Origin: Monocercomonoides exilis PA203
Taxonomy: Eukaryota; Protista; Preaxostyla
DNA: 64,000 bases
Direction of reading: 5' to 3'
Assembly (NCBI GenBank): GCA_001643675.2
Contig: LSRY02000016.1
Coordinates: forward strand, 806,001-870,000
Shown here: positions 48,301 to 62,615 of the stretch, in pieces
How the letters are laid out: the number at the start of each line of letters is the position of its first letter
Position numbering within the stretch: position 1 is the stretch's first letter
The notes under the pieces: generated by a model
Told to the model about the DNA's origin: nothing
Database searches by the model: none
The model's input: only the letters and a program-made list of their open reading frames with translations
Program-made: the position numbers and the translations under genes

Positions 48301-51300
48301 TGAATGGAAGTGACATCGCCAGCTGAGAAGATGGTGTGGCTGAAGAAGACGATGAAAGAATAGACGCCGACTGCAGCCGCTTCTGCTTGCTGAGAAAGTC
48401 GCTTTCTGTGCTCATCACAGGAGGAGGCGGTGGTTGTTTCAAATATTCGTATTGCTCTTCAACCGAAGGAGTTGCCGAGGCAGATGATGAAGATGAAGCT
48501 GCAACAGTTGAGGACAGCATGGAAGAAGATGTTGGAGAAGCAGGAGGATTCACACCTGTTGAAGAAGGAGCGCGCGAATAGGACGAACGTGAAGGAGGAA
48601 CAGAAGATGTGCGAGGGCGTGGGCGAGATGTCTGACGTGAGGACGATTGCATTGCTGGAGAGGAAGAAGAAGACATCATTGTTGCCATTTGTGGATCAGC
48701 AATCGTGATTCCCTGTGTTGCTTCGTTGTCTGAGTAATATCCATTAGGCTCTTGATTTCTGCCAGAAGATGGCCTTTGTTTTTCTTCCTTTGATGGATTT
48801 GACAAATCACGCCTTTTTGGTGTTGGCCGTGATTTAGCAGAAAGCGAACGTGGCTGCCTTGACTTCCTCCCTGTGGGGCTTGTTGGAGTTGTTGAATTCG
48901 GAGAAATCGGAGAAACTCCTGAAGTTGAAGTGGGTGTTTTTGGTTGATTTGTTCCTGTGTAATCAGATCTTGTTCCAGAAGAATCAGAAAATCCTTGCTC
49001 ATTTGCATCCAGCGCCTCGCTCAGCGCAACAGTTGTTGTTTTGCCTCTCATCGAAAGAGGAATATAAGCAGGAACTTTTTTCGCCTGATCTCCATCTGTC
49101 CCAGCTCCGCCATATCCTGTTTTCGTGGGCTTCACCTCCTTCGGCTTCAGAATCGGCTGGTTGATTGCTGCTCTGAGTCTTCGCATTGCAATCTTCAGGA
49201 GATCGAGTTTAACAGCCTCTTTACGACACTCTCTGCTCTTCAGCGCCTTCCACAGCAGCCGCGACGCAGCCTCAACAACCTCTCTGTTTGTTGACTTGTT
49301 CAGTGCCTCCACAGCCACTGTCATTCCTCCTCTTTCTCTGAACACTCTCCTATTTCCTGGATACTCCACCAGCTCCGACACGACAGACAGGCACAGCGCA
49401 CACACCTCCTCTGAGCCGTCTCTGGCGCAGTCGACCATCCGCCCTGTGAGCTGCTGGTCGTACATCGCAGTCTGAATGAACGGAGACACGCAGATCAGCT
49501 CAAACACACGGCACACCGCCGCCCGCAGCTTCGCATCGGACACGTGCATCAGCTTCATCAGGACAGGAAGGCCGCCACAGTCGCGCACTGCCAGCTGGTT
49601 GCGCGGCGCAGACAATTCGACCTCGAGGAGCGAGGCAATCGCCACGTTGATGACGGGGATGTTGCCTTCGTTAACAACTGAGATCACTTTGTAGATGCGG
49701 CCGTAGTCGGCGTTGTTACCAGAGGAAAGGTGCCGCGTGTCCCGCCGCAGATTCAGCTCGTCAAAGCGCTCGTCGTCGCTCTCTGTTCGATCGCTTGAAG
49801 GCGAATATGACTGTTAATTGTGTATTTATGAGTTAAAAGTTCGATACAAAAAACAATTTCAATTGAACATTTAAAAAAAAAAGAAAATGAAAATGAAAAA
49901 GAAAAAGAAAAAATTATTAAGTTACAAAAAATTACGCTTTAAATGAAAAGCATACTCTTTTGTTATCACTTGATTTCCCTCTTTCCGTCACATTTCCGCT
50001 GTTCATTCCATAAATAGTCCCAATATCCAAAGAGTCTGTTCCTCTTCTAATCTTCCTCTCCCACCCATCTTTCGTAAGCTGCCTCGGCTCCATCGAAGAG
50101 GAAACCGAAAACCGCCGCTCAGAAAATGATGACTGAGACGCACTTGTTTTCTGCTTGAAGCGCTCATATGCAGCGATCCATTCATCGCGTTCAGAGGGAA
50201 TCGGAGCAGAAGCTGGGGAAATGAGGGGAAAAATAAATTAATTGATTAAGTATTGAAGTCGAAGTATTTTTTTGTCACAGTAAAAATAAATATATAAGAA
50301 AAGTTTGTTAACTTTGAGTATTGAAAAATCTATTAATTCCAAACCTGCAGACAGAATTCGATCTTGTCTGTCTCGTTCAATTTCCAACTGCTGCCACATC
50401 AGCAGATGCTGAGGCGGTTTGTGCATCGGAGCTCCTCTTCGCTCCATCCTATCCTTCGAAGACGTCGTGTCGTGGATTGCGAAGTATTCCTGTTCCGAAC
50501 GACGCTTCCTCAGCTCCACAGGAGTCACCCCGTTCAGCATGAGAAGCGATGAGTGCATGTTGTGGCTGCCACTCCCACCAAACTGCGGTTGAAATCCAGA
50601 AGTGGACGGAGAACGGCGAATCATCGCTCCCGTCTGCGAAGTGTATGGGCGAGGCTTCTGCCTGCTGCTTCTGCTTTGATAGTCGCGCGATCCCATCCCG
50701 TCGCCTGTGGCAGATCGCCGCTCAGTCGACAAAGGACGCCTCGATGATCGGAACGTTGGGCCAGATGATAAAGCTCGCCTTGGTGTCTTGTAATTCCGAA
50801 AAGCGCCTTCTTTCACAAATTCATCGTCGCTCACGCTTTCGTTCGCTTCATCGCCAAAAAGCATCTCTTGCCTGTCTATTTCATCAAGACCTGAGTCATT
50901 GGCACCGCTTGGTCTGTCTGTAAATTCTGTTGTGCCGTCTTGTGAAGTGTACTGTGACTGTCTGTTTTGACTAAGCGGATGAGCTGATGACACCCTCTTT
51001 TGGTTCTGCCGCCTCAGATACGAAGATGTCGAAGGGCGTGTGGTTGCTCTGCCGCTGCCGCGTTGTCTGGCCGATAGATACGAAGCAGAAGAGGCACGTT
51101 TTGCACTGCTGCTGCGCACTTTTCTGCTTTTGTTGCTCCGGAAGCTCATCAGCGACTCATTGTCATAAGCGGAAGAGAGGTTTCTCCGTAGGAACTGGTC
51201 ATGGCCGCTGCCTATCCGCGATGCTGCATTTACGCCTGGACGTGAGAATGATCGAAATGAGTTCGACGATTGGTTAGGGGCGGAGCTTGAAGGTGTTCCA

Positions 51301-52522
51301 ATGTTTGTGAGCTGAGGTGACGTTGAACGAATCAGAGACAATGGAACAAGATGTGTTGATGCTGACTGCTGGCTGTGTCCTGATTTCTTTTGGTCTTTGA
51401 ATCTTTGGGCGCAGTCTAAGACAAAATTTGTTAAACTTTTGGAAATGGGCGATGAACGAAACATTGGCTCAGTAGCTTCGAAGAGAAAAGCAATGTGGAA
51501 ATGAATTAGAAAATTGGAAAGAGAAAAATAAACAAAGAGAATGCAGAGGAAAAGGAGATCAGAAATGAAAATGTCAAATATGTCTTGTTAGGCAAGAATA
51601 AAAAAAAGTCTGTTGGCTTACCAAATTGATCTGGTACTGTTCCATCAACTTCAAAGCATCCATATGTCGTACACACAACAAGTCTTCTACGAGTTTCTTC
51701 AACACTTGGTGCATCTGACATAATAATGTATGCATACGCCAGCTCGCAGAGCTGCTCCCGTGGTTCTGGGACACGTAATCCGTCTTCTGATGGCTGATCG
51801 ATAACCCACTCAATCATTTTTGTCAGAGGTTTCCCTTCAATTGTCATTAAAGTTCTGGCAGAATTAAAATCTGTTTCAAGAGCATCCACTGTTAAAAGCT
51901 TAGATTGTGAAAAATACTTTTTTGTTAATTGCACATCAAAATCGTAAAAAGCTTGAAGAATTTGCAGGCATAATTCAGGTTTCAATCCCTTATCAAACCA
52001 AGTCGGATGCAAATGTCCGCTCATTGAGACTTCTATCAAACTCAATTGCTCCTCTTGCTCATATGAAAGAGATCTTGGGGGTGGCTTACCCAATATTGAA
52101 GAGAGAATCGGACGGTTTTCATTCATTAAAGCCAAAACTTCCACTGTTTTGTTCACCGTGTTGAAGAGAGAACAATGCAAATGAAATGCGCGAAATGTCA
52201 AAATTGTTACCTCATTTCCTGGTCCTGCTGGTACGCTTGTTAGTGTGGGAACTGTTCCAACAAATTCTCTTGTTGTAACAATTCTGGTTTTTCTATCAAA
52301 ATGAAGATTTTTCCATTCAGGATGCTTTTGGTAATGAGATTCTGTAACTGAAGACATGTAAGTTATAGGTTTTCTAAATGTAACGCCACTTAATAATTGA
52401 TAATTTGCGTTTAGAAAGTATTCGACTTCTGGCCATAGAAAGTTGATAATTTGTTTGCTTTCCTCTGTACTCTCTATTATTCCATGTTTCCAATGAAATG
52501 CAGTTGATATAAAATTCCCCAT
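45368..52522 (-). CDS. ARMC4: Armadillo-repeat outer dynein arm docking protein ARMC4/ODAD2-like, multi-exon
   Basis: NQLAVRDCGGL, DGVKLLWSLL, NAGMIGRQYVGALEQVVEMV, ENLAVMVEIGVMPLM and QDAAADAISNIRR match ARMC4 blocks. Upstream ORFs 50238-51464 and 51506-52558 (MGNF..W start) are inferred 5' exons. Confidence 0.8.
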
Positions 52523-53227
52523 GGCCCAGGGAAGTCTATAAATAAAAAATTGTTTCAAATACTTACCCTTAACATGTTTTAATTTATCGTTGAAAAATGA
52601 AAAGCATGATTTTCAACAAATTGTCTTTTGTTTTATTCTGCATCTTTTAAATTGATTCAGTATAAAAATTAGAAATTAAACAAATGTTCGTATTTTTTTT
52701 TTTTTTTTTTTTTTTTGAGAAATGAATAAAAAAGAAAAAGATATAATTATGGAGTTACAGAAATAGAAAAATTGTTGAAAAGGAAAATGAAAAATGAATG
52801 ATATTTGTGCTACAAAATTTCATCCATTTCATTTTCTCAAACATTAACATCATCATCAGATAATTTAACAGACACGATCCAACAAAAATTATCGATAGAA
52901 AAAAAACTACAAACAACCGTTTGCTGATGAAGGAAATTATCTAAAAAGAAAAATACGAATTGTGAATATAAAAATGTGAAGCATTTCATTTCTTCAAACA
53001 TTAACTGAACAGTCAGAAACAGATTACATCGAAATAATATTTTTTGTTTTTTAAATAAAATATGTTCAAAGTTTTGTTGAATCAAAAAATAAAAATGAAA
53101 ATGAAAATGAAAAAAAAAAAAGAAAAAGAAAAAGAAAAAGAAAAAGAAAGAAAAAAAGAAAGAAAAAAGAACAAAAGAAAAGAAAAGAGAGATTTTTGAG
53201 TTACAAAATTCAATATGTCTCATTTCC

Positions 53228-54559
53228 TCAAGCATTCACAAAATAATCAAATGTATTTTTTGTTAATTCCTTTAGTTGTTGGTGAAAGCAATCAATCGTT
53301 TCATGAAAGCTTGTAATGACATCTTCGTATCCGTCTTCTTCCAACTTTTCCAACATTTTCTTTTTGTTTGCCTTTCTTTTCACTTCTTCAGCTTTGTCAT
53401 CCGTCTTTTCTTTCAGTCTTTTTAATATTGTCAAAAAGAACTCTAAGCAATCCCATATCACTTCAACTTGCAAAGTTGACTGTTTCATTTTCTCTGAAAT
53501 CAGATCAACAACACCTTCCTTTTGTAAACTATCAATTTCTATGTTTTTGTTTTGAACCGCTCCTCTGAAGGAAAAAATGCACCATTTAGTTATATTTTTG
53601 TAATTATCCTTTGCTTGTCGAAACACATTCACAACTCCGCCAATAAGCCCAACAAGTTCTTCGTTCCACAATGTGCAGCATTCTAAGTAATTATTAATTA
53701 CATTGATCCATCTATTAACGATATGTACTTCTTTCATTTCTTTTCCTTCCATTTTCTCTTCTTTTCTCTTCCAATCTACGCATTTTGACAGATCTTCCAG
53801 TTCTTTTGCTGCTTCTCTCGCAAAACACAATTCATTCTCAATCACCCATTTTGAATTGTTGCCTTCGTAATATCTATCCATCAAAAACTTCCATGCTGAT
53901 TGATAGGCAAGGCGAGTGAGGTTGTAATGTTCTTGATGATATTCGATGATTTTTTTGATTTCATTCAGATACGGTTCTTTATCAATACTCTGTAAAAAAA
54001 TTAAGAAAAAACGTAAAAATATCAAAAATAATGTTTGCTGTTCTCATACAGAATAAAACTGAATGTGACTTAATGCAAGCAAAGACATTTCCACTTCTTT
54101 TTGAACTTCCTCGTTTTCCTCCTTTTTCAAGGCAATTTTCAGAAGGCAGTGAAAACTAATGTTAAAGACTCTCATTGAAGGACCTTCATCACACAGTAAA
54201 AGATAACATTCACAAAGATCAATCATCAGCTTTTCGTTCTCATTTTCTTTTTCCTTCTCCTCCTCAATTATTATCTTTTCAAGTCTATTTTCCAATATGG
54301 AAAAATCAAATGAAAAATTGATTATGTTTTTTAACATTTTGCGATGTCCCATGTGCCTCAACAATAAAACTGCATTTTTCATCATCAGTTTCCTTTCTTC
54401 AATAAGTTTGCCTATTTCATTGAAATTTTTTATTGATAAAATTGAATTAAATTCTTCTCCTTCCATTTTGTCAATAAGCATGTTCATATCTTCAATTTTT
54501 TGTATCTGCTCATTTTCTGTGTAATGCTCCAGTTCAGAAAGAAATTCTTCAAAAGGCAT
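53228..54559 (-). CDS. Lineage-specific multicopy hypothetical protein (helical)
   Basis: Two ORFs joined by the phase-0 GT-AG intron 53990-54049, at a position equivalent to that in the 36.8-kb paralog. Confidence 0.8.
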
Positions 54560-57500
54560 TCAAAAAACAAAAATTTGTTCAGAATTGTTCAATCCAAATA
54601 AAATGGCAAACTTGAAAACTGCTCGGTTCTGGCCGTAGTCAGAATTTTATCTTCAGAATTGTCATCTTCAGAATTATCATCTTCATAGCAATCATCATCT
54701 GACAAACTCATTCTGTTTGTTCCAAAAAAATATTCAAACAGAAGGGCAAATCTTGTCAAGCAACAAAATAAAATAAAACAGCAAATATTGTTATTTATTA
54801 TGCAAAATAAAAATTATCTCAATATATACTGCTAAGATTTACTCAATATAAAGAAGTGCAAAACAAAATGCAAAGAAGTTACAAGGACTGGCTGTATGAG
54901 GAGAAAAAGAAATCTTTTATTTCTCTTGGATCAAACCAACAAAAAATTTTGAAAATTGATAAAGTTGGGGCAAAATTTTTTCATTTATGAAAAAAACAAC
55001 TATTTGTTCCAAACTTTTTCCACAACCTTATCATTATAAGTCTTGCATTCCCATGTCAAAAAAATACATTAAAATTCCAAAATTGAGAAAAATATTTGTC
55101 AGAGAAGAATGGAACAAAATTCTTAAATCAAAAATTTTTGTCCCAGTTATCAAAAATCCATCTTCTTTCATAATCACATTTTTTGTGCAAACGGAGCATA
55201 TTTTTTGTCTTTGGAGAAGATGAATGAGACTGAAAACATGAATATGCGATGTTGCATTCTCGATATTTTATGCGAATTATTGCATTTTTGGCTCTTTTCG
55301 AAAGAAACATTGAATGATGGAAGAGGAAAAGAAATGATTTCTGAAAATATACACAAAATCACAGGAGAAATGAACTTAATACATCTTCAAAATACGAACA
55401 AGAAGAATATGTTTGTCGAATGGCAAAAGATCAATGTCCAATTCTTCAATTTCCAAATAATCATATGCCAAGAAGAAAAACAATGAAGACCTACTCCAAC
55501 AGAAATGTTGGAAATACTCAAGTTTTGTGAGACGGAAACATCAAAGGTTATGCATTCATTTCTTTGAAAGTTATCAGAAGATTTATGCATAAAAGACAAT
55601 TTTTACTTCAGCTGAAATGAGACTTGGAGAAGAAAGAGGTTGACAACTTTTCTATGAGGCATATTCAAGAAACACATCAGCAAAGCTTTTTTTAACATCG
55701 GAAATGGAGAAAAGGGTTTTGAAGGAAAGCGATTTTTCTTGAATTCAATAACAGTCATTTCAGAATGAAGAGAATGAGAACATTTTTGAATTGTCACATT
55801 CTTCAATGGGCACATCAGAATGTTCTTCATTCATCTTCAAGGAATTCGATTGAACGCTATAGAAAATGAGAATTCAAGGAGAATCGTTTTTATTTCTCAC
55901 AAGAGCTTCTTCTTTCTCCGCAAATGCAGATATAATAAGAAATTTTTGTTCATTTTTAATTTCTGCAACGAGTCTTGCTAAGTCTTTCTCTTTTGTGTGT
56001 GTAAAAGCAGCTCATCAACATATCATTTGATTGACGATGAGACTCAGTGCAACTGCTCTGATGAAACAGAAGCATGTGCTCTTTTTAACATAAAGAGCTC
56101 TGGAAATCAAATAGACTTTTCGCCATCTCCGCAATCATCTTTAATATTATCATTTTCCTCTTCTTTTTCTTCTTCCTCTTCGATTGTTTGATTATGATCA
56201 CATTCTTTTTGAATTCTTTTTTCACATCGTCTTCTGCATCTTGATGGATAATCCCATGAAGAAGGCAACAAAACCAACATTGAAAAATAAATTGTTAAAT
56301 TGGTTTCAGGAAATGCAAATAAAGAAAGCGAAAGTGATGAAGAACATAATTTAGAAAGCGAAAGAAGAAGAAGAAGAAAAGGAGAATGAAGTTGTTAAAA
56401 TTCAACAAAAATAGAAATGCATTATTTTCAGGCACTTTGATTCGGATGTCAAACGACGAACTTTTTTAAGATTGCTTTTCTTTTTGTTTTTCATTTCAAT
56501 CAGATCAAACTGATTCATTTTATTTGTTTCTTTTTTTCTGTTTTGAAATTTTTGTTGATAATTGCCCTTTTGAGAATAGTTGTGAGTTTTTCTGTATTTC
56601 AATCAAAAGAACGAACTCAAAACAAAATTGAAAGTTCTCTGAATTTGTTTTATTAGGAAATTTGTTTATTTAATTTTTTATTTTTGATCTTTCCAATAAT
56701 TTTTCCTCGACTGCAATTACCAATCAACAATTCTTTTGTGAAATGATTTCCGTTGTTGAGGAGGTTTGATGGTTTTGTTTCGATTGAATGTGATGAAGGA
56801 TATCGTTTGCAGAAAAGTGATCAAGTTTATAAACATTGTTTCACTATTATTTTTTATTTTTTTTATGATATTTTTTTAATCAATCACATAATACTGATAA
56901 AAATCATAAAATTGAAGAAAAAAGAAATTATTCTGATTTTGTATCTAAAGAAATGTAGTCTTAACAGGATATAATTTCATCTAACATTATCACGCTCATT
57001 CATAGTCACACTTTTGTATGCAAATATATATTTTTGCTTGTTTTCCATTCATTGCTCATTGCATTAAATCAAAGGTCCAAATATAAATGCAGGTATTTAT
57101 TATTGAATTTATATTTTCCCAATCAATATTTTAGGTCTGAGAATTCTCTATGAATACTGAAAATCGACACTGAAAAGTTTCAACTCCTTTTAAAAGATCA
57201 TTTTTACGTGAATAATGTCTCATATATCGATTTTTTAACAATCATTATTTTTTTATCTTTTTATTTTATTATGTATTGTTTTTTTTTTCCAAAAGTTTCA
57301 TTCCTCTTCCAAGAAATAAAATATAGGAAGAATTCACTCCACCAAAATTGTTATGATTTCAAAAATAATCACCGATATAACATCATTTTTAATAAGAAAG
57401 AGTTCATTTAATAATGAACAATCAATGCAAGGATAAAAATTATTCCTTTTTATTTTTAAAATAAAGTTATTAATAATCGAAACAATGTTTATTAATGGTT

Positions 57501-57789
57501 CAAAATGTAATCGCTTTCGAAAAACAAGTTTAAATGAAAATTTTCCAATTATGAAAATATTGACACTTAAAATTTTTATAATTTTTGGAATATTTAGTTT
57601 TTTTCTGTTTGAAGCAACATTTCACATACTCATAACATTTTGAAGCCACAAAAATTTGTGCAAAACCAGATGTGATTATATCCGATTGAGTCTGTAATGA
57701 ATTCAAAAGAAATAATTAAAAGTTATTTCAACTTTTTAATTCTATTTCAAGTGATGAAAAAAAAATGAAAGTGATATTATCATTTTGTT

Positions 57790-58570
57790 TCATGAGATAA
57801 ACATCCAGAGTGTTCATTTCACAAAAAGAGTTTTGCTTTGCTATCTGAAAAAATAACTCACAAATATAAGATGTGCAGCAAATGGAAAAAAAAGACAGCT
57901 CAAATATTCTTCAGATTGACTGATATTCAATAAGATAAGAATAATATTTATGATCATTATATTACTGAAACAAAAGCTAATAGAAGCTCATTCATGCTTT
58001 TCAATTTCTGTTCATCCAGAAATTGGCGTGTATAAAAGTTTAATTCAACAAATTGAACTTAAAAATAAGTAAAACTCAATTTAATAATGTTTTGAAAGAA
58101 AGAGATATCTTTTGATATTAAAGAATTCATATGGAGAAATTGAAAATAAAATTTAGAAAGAAGAAGATTTTTTCAAGAACCCAAACATAAGTTCATCTAA
58201 TAATATTACTCATTTAAATGTGAACAGCAATAATGAACAATGAATAGAGTCCATTTTAGCAGCTTAAAGGATCATGGACTTATTTGACAATCAGAAAATC
58301 ATTATTTGAACTTTGTGTGGTTCCAATCACATGTATACACCTAAATACAGGAGAAGGAATGTGGTCACATCTGAGATTGTTTTTTCCAAGATTTGGTCCA
58401 AGTGAGAAATTAATTGGCAGTTATCTTTTTTTTTGACAGTGATTAAAACAGTGAAAGTTTCTTTTTTAGACATAGTTGGAAATAATGCCCATGGAAGAAA
58501 AAATGAAAGAGAAGTCACAGAAAAAGATGAACAATAATAAAAAGATGGATAAAATATTGATGAAAACGAA
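57790..58570 (+). pseudogene. Third, heavily decayed Merlin transposase remnant
   Basis: TCIHLNTGEGMWSHLRLFFPRFGPSEKLIGSYL (58329-58427) aligns with THACTYTIEGQWSHLKASFPRFGTRKKFISDHI of copy 2. DKHPECSFH...KMCSKW resembles the Zn ribbon. No TIR found. Confidence 0.65.
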
Positions 58571-58577
58571 ACAATCT

Positions 58578-58817
58578 CTTTTTCAGAAAATGATAATACT
58601 TCAAGAAATGAGATGAATGATTCAGCAAATCATTAAATAAATTCGAAATCAAATGGAATTGCATATTCATTCATAACAAAAAACAAAAACAACTTTTCCA
58701 ATCAAGATAGAAAAGTCCAAAAAAAATACGTCAGATCGGATGGTCTTTTTGATTGTTAAACAATAACAAACGTATTCTTGAATAAATAAACTTTTTTTTC
58801 AAAAAAAAAAAAAAAAA
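58578..58817 (+). repeat. Dispersed poly(A)-tailed repeat, copy 2
   Basis: Homologous to 10251-10500 (minus strand). Ends in A17 at 58801-58817. Confidence 0.7.
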
Positions 58818-59237
58818 CAACGATAATGGATAATGAAAAAGTATTTTTACGTTTCCTTGAACTTTCATATTCAAATGCATTGTCTGAAAAAAGATAAAGA
58901 TGATTTTCTAATTCGAAATAGATAAATTATAATAATTCAGAAATTTTTAATTTTGATTAATTTGACTGTGTTCTAGATATGTTCAAGGAAGAAAAAATCA
59001 AAACTGATCTGGATAAAAGATGTATCAAAAACCAAAACACTTTTTGTTGCAATTTTTGAAGCAAAAAAGAAAAAAGAGAACTTCTTTTAATTCTTTCAAA
59101 ACAGCCAGCTTAAATATTGTTATTTGTATCTAACAAATAAGTGTTTGATAAATATATTCATAAAATGAAATAAAAATTAACTCAAAAAGATAAAAACGAC
59201 GCCTTTTACAAAATTTAACTGAAATAAAAGTTTCTCT

Positions 59238-60925
59238 TTATTTCCTTTTCTTACTGCTTTTTTGTGCGTCATTTTTAATTTTTGTGTTCATCAAATTTTG
59301 AGATCGCTTTTTACTGTCATTTTGAGTTTTTTCTCTGTTATTAACTTTCTTTGAACTTTCAAGAATACTATTCATACGCGAACGTAGCTCGTTAATCTCT
59401 GGACGAGAAAGTACAATTCCGGACACGCTGTCCCCAACCTTTTCCTTTGAACTATTGTTATTTGATGTGGATTGTGAAGGATCAAATGAATTGGTTGAAG
59501 ATTTGTCAGAAGAAGAAGAAGAAGAAGAAGAAGACAACTGCAAGGAGGACGAAGAACTAGATGATTCATGTTGAGGCACACTCTCATCCATTTCTTCTTC
59601 CAACTGTGCAAGCTGCCTTTCAACAGAAGATTTCTCAATTTTCGTCTTTGCAAATACACAGCAAAGCATTAAGGGGAAACCAAGCCCAATTATAAGCATG
59701 AAGAACATCATAACAAAAAGCTGAGGATTTTCGTCAGCAAAAAGAGTTATTATTTGAAACAGTATCAATGCTTTGCTGCCTAATGACTTTTCCGTCTTAA
59801 GTTCTTTCCACATTTCATCTCGCTTCATCTTCCGCCCAATGTTTGTATATGCCTTAACACGTGTATTTTCTAAGACATTCAAAGTCTCCCAACGTTTTTG
59901 CCCTTCTTTAACAGATTCTTCATCATCACACAAAAGTATCGAATCAAAAGACACCGGCGAAGAAGAAGTGAATAAATCTATGCCTATTGCCTTCACTGAT
60001 TTTGCAGAGCGGAGTAGATTTGCATCCTCTTCTTTTTTGCCAGTTGGTTGTAAATTCATTTCACTATCGAAAGACTGATCTTGGCCATTTTGATCCAATG
60101 AAAAATCTAATATTGGTGGTGAGAATAAGGTCTTATCGTGAAGTGATCCCTGCAAGACGCTCTTTCCATCAACCATTATTTCAAATGTATCGTCCGCAGA
60201 TAAACAAAGCGAATATAAATGTGAAAAATTCGTGCTGAAACCGGAAGGAATATTCTTTGTCAATTGGTGAGCGACAATCTCATTTGTCTTTGGATTGATT
60301 TTTTGAATTATGAATATTATCTTATGAAAAAGGAATTACATCAGAAAATTTTGATAAAAATGTAATAAAAATTAAAAGAAAATGCACACAGAATCTTTAG
60401 AACCACAATAATCCGGACCAAATTGAATGAAAAATGGTGTGTCAGACGAATAATTTTTTTGATTTATTTCTTCTGTAAAAAGTTTTAAAGTTCCTCCTCC
60501 ACATCCGAATGGATAAATTTCTCCTTTTGCTATAAATTGAAGATAAAGATATGGATTTGAAAGCGAAACATCAACTTTCAAAGATATGGCATGCAAAGAT
60601 CCTCTTGAAGCAGCAGTGAGAACTTTAGTGATCAAAAGAATTATGAAAAAACAACATTTTTGAAGTTATTAATAAACGAAGCAATACCAGGATTAAGCGC
60701 TTGCTCGTAATCATATGATCTTCTCGATATTACCCAACGCCCAGTATATGATGGATTTGAAGAAATTTCCCATTTGTTCAGTTGCTCCCCATTTATGAAG
60801 GTTTCATTTAAAAGTATCTTTGAAATGAAAAATGACGTGAATCAAATAGTAAAAATTATATGGAATATTTTAAAGTGTTGTACCTTCGATAAAGAAAAAG
60901 AAAAGAGCAACAGCAATTGAAGCAT
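59238..60925 (-). CDS. Calnexin-like ER membrane protein lacking the P-domain, multi-exon
   Basis: Signal peptide MLQLLLLFSFSLS, then CGGGTLKL, FIQFGPDYCG, HLYSLCLSADDTFEIMVDG, AIGIDLF...FDSILL, a TM helix and C-terminal KKRK (KKxx). Confidence 0.8.
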
Positions 60926-61058
60926 TCCGCTTTGAAAAATTGAATCAATTTATTATGGGTGTTCTTTCGAAAATTAAATCACTCATTTGAACAAAAATAA
61001 CTTCATTTAAGCATATCATTTATAAATTGCAAGCATCAAAACACGATTAACTGCTGGA

Positions 61059-62615
61059 TTAGTCGGTTTTAGGGAAAATTGGTTGACCATGATGTTTATA
61101 AGGAATTAAAAGTGAATGATCAACCTGCTTTGAAGAAGGAACGGATGATGATGAAGAAGAAGAAGCTGAAGATGACGAAAGAAATTCCAAGCTCCTTTTC
61201 ATAAGCCCGCTTGTATTCCACAATTCTTCCACTTTGGCGATTATTTCCTTTGCCTCTTTTTCTTTTCCTTCCTTCACAGTGTATCGCTTCTCCCCTCTGA
61301 ACCCAGAGACGGTGCAAAGAGGTGCAGACAGCCAAAGAGCAATGTCATTGCCGATTGCGCGAAGCGACTCGTCAATCAGCTGAGGCAACGTCTTCACTCC
61401 GGTCACCTCTGGACTTTCAGCGTCATCGTCGGAAGAGCAGACAGACTCAATGTCTCCGCTGAGGCGAGCCGGAGTGGGCGAAGCGCTGGCGGCTGGGCGG
61501 CGCGACGAAAACTTCTTCCGCATTTGGAGCGAAACAACAGAATTGCGGTCCTTTGAAGCAGATGAGTCGCACCTGAATACAATAGGTGCTTCCTTTAAAA
61601 CTTTCTTAAGCTCGTCAAATTCTTTATTCATCAGCTCCTCGTTCTTTTTTTTCATTTCTTCTTCTTCGTTCTTCTTCTCTGCATCCTTTTCTACCTGCTC
61701 CATTTCAGCTTCCCAATCGTCAAAATCTTCTTCCGCTTCTTCAGATTTTGGCTCGCTAGTTGAGGCTGCTTCACTATTAGCACGAATACCATATTTATCT
61801 GGTGAAGCAACTGACTCATATCCACGCAATGAACCCAAAATAACAAATGGCTTTTCAAAAAGATTTTTGCCAAATATGCGGCTCAACTGTTCTTGAATAA
61901 ACGGTTGAGTGCACGCACGATGTGCATATTTCTGCTTTCCTGATTCAAGAGTTATAACTGTTCCCTTTGCTGCATGCACCGACCTTTCTTTGCAATAAAT
62001 GCATCTTCTACCTCGTTCTTGGAGCTGTCGTATTGTAAAATTCATTTAAATCAATAATTGTAATTTCAAAAAACTCACTAAAAAAACACACCTCATATTC
62101 AAACTCATCCCTTTTAGTTTTTGGCTTTGCATTTTCAATTTCACCAACAAAAAATCCTTCCATAACATCTCCTTCTCTTCTGCTAGTTATTCTATCATCC
62201 CCCAAGTATTTTTCATCATATGATTCCCACATGTCGAACGTAGAGCCATCTTTCATATTTTCTCTCTCAGCCAACGCTTTCCTCTTTAAACGTTGAACCT
62301 GTAATGCATAAACATCATCGTTTGAAATGTATTGCTTGAAAGCTTTTGTTGTCCTAAGAAGCTATATAACGTTATTGTTAAATTAAAAAGATCACTTTTT
62401 CCTGGCACACAGCTCCCAATGTTCTTGGAGAACAAAATCCTAGTATTGCGGTCAAAGAAGATTTAGTGAGGTTTGAGAATAAGCCAAGCTGCTTTTCAGA
62501 CAAAAGAGCTTCTGCAGTTAATATTTTATTTTTCTTTTCTCTAATGAAACAACAGCAAATTTCGAAGTTCCAAAAGAATATGTAAATACTATGCAATGCA
62601 AGCAAACTGCTCCAT
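61059..62615 (-). CDS. Hypothetical spliced protein with a possible N-terminal F-box-like motif and CxxC...HxxC
   Basis: Exonic ORFs 62378-62605, 62008-62274 and 61059-62045. LFSNLTKSSLTAILGFCSPRTLGAVCQ is F-box-like; CIYC...HRAC. Start is unresolved. Confidence 0.5.
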
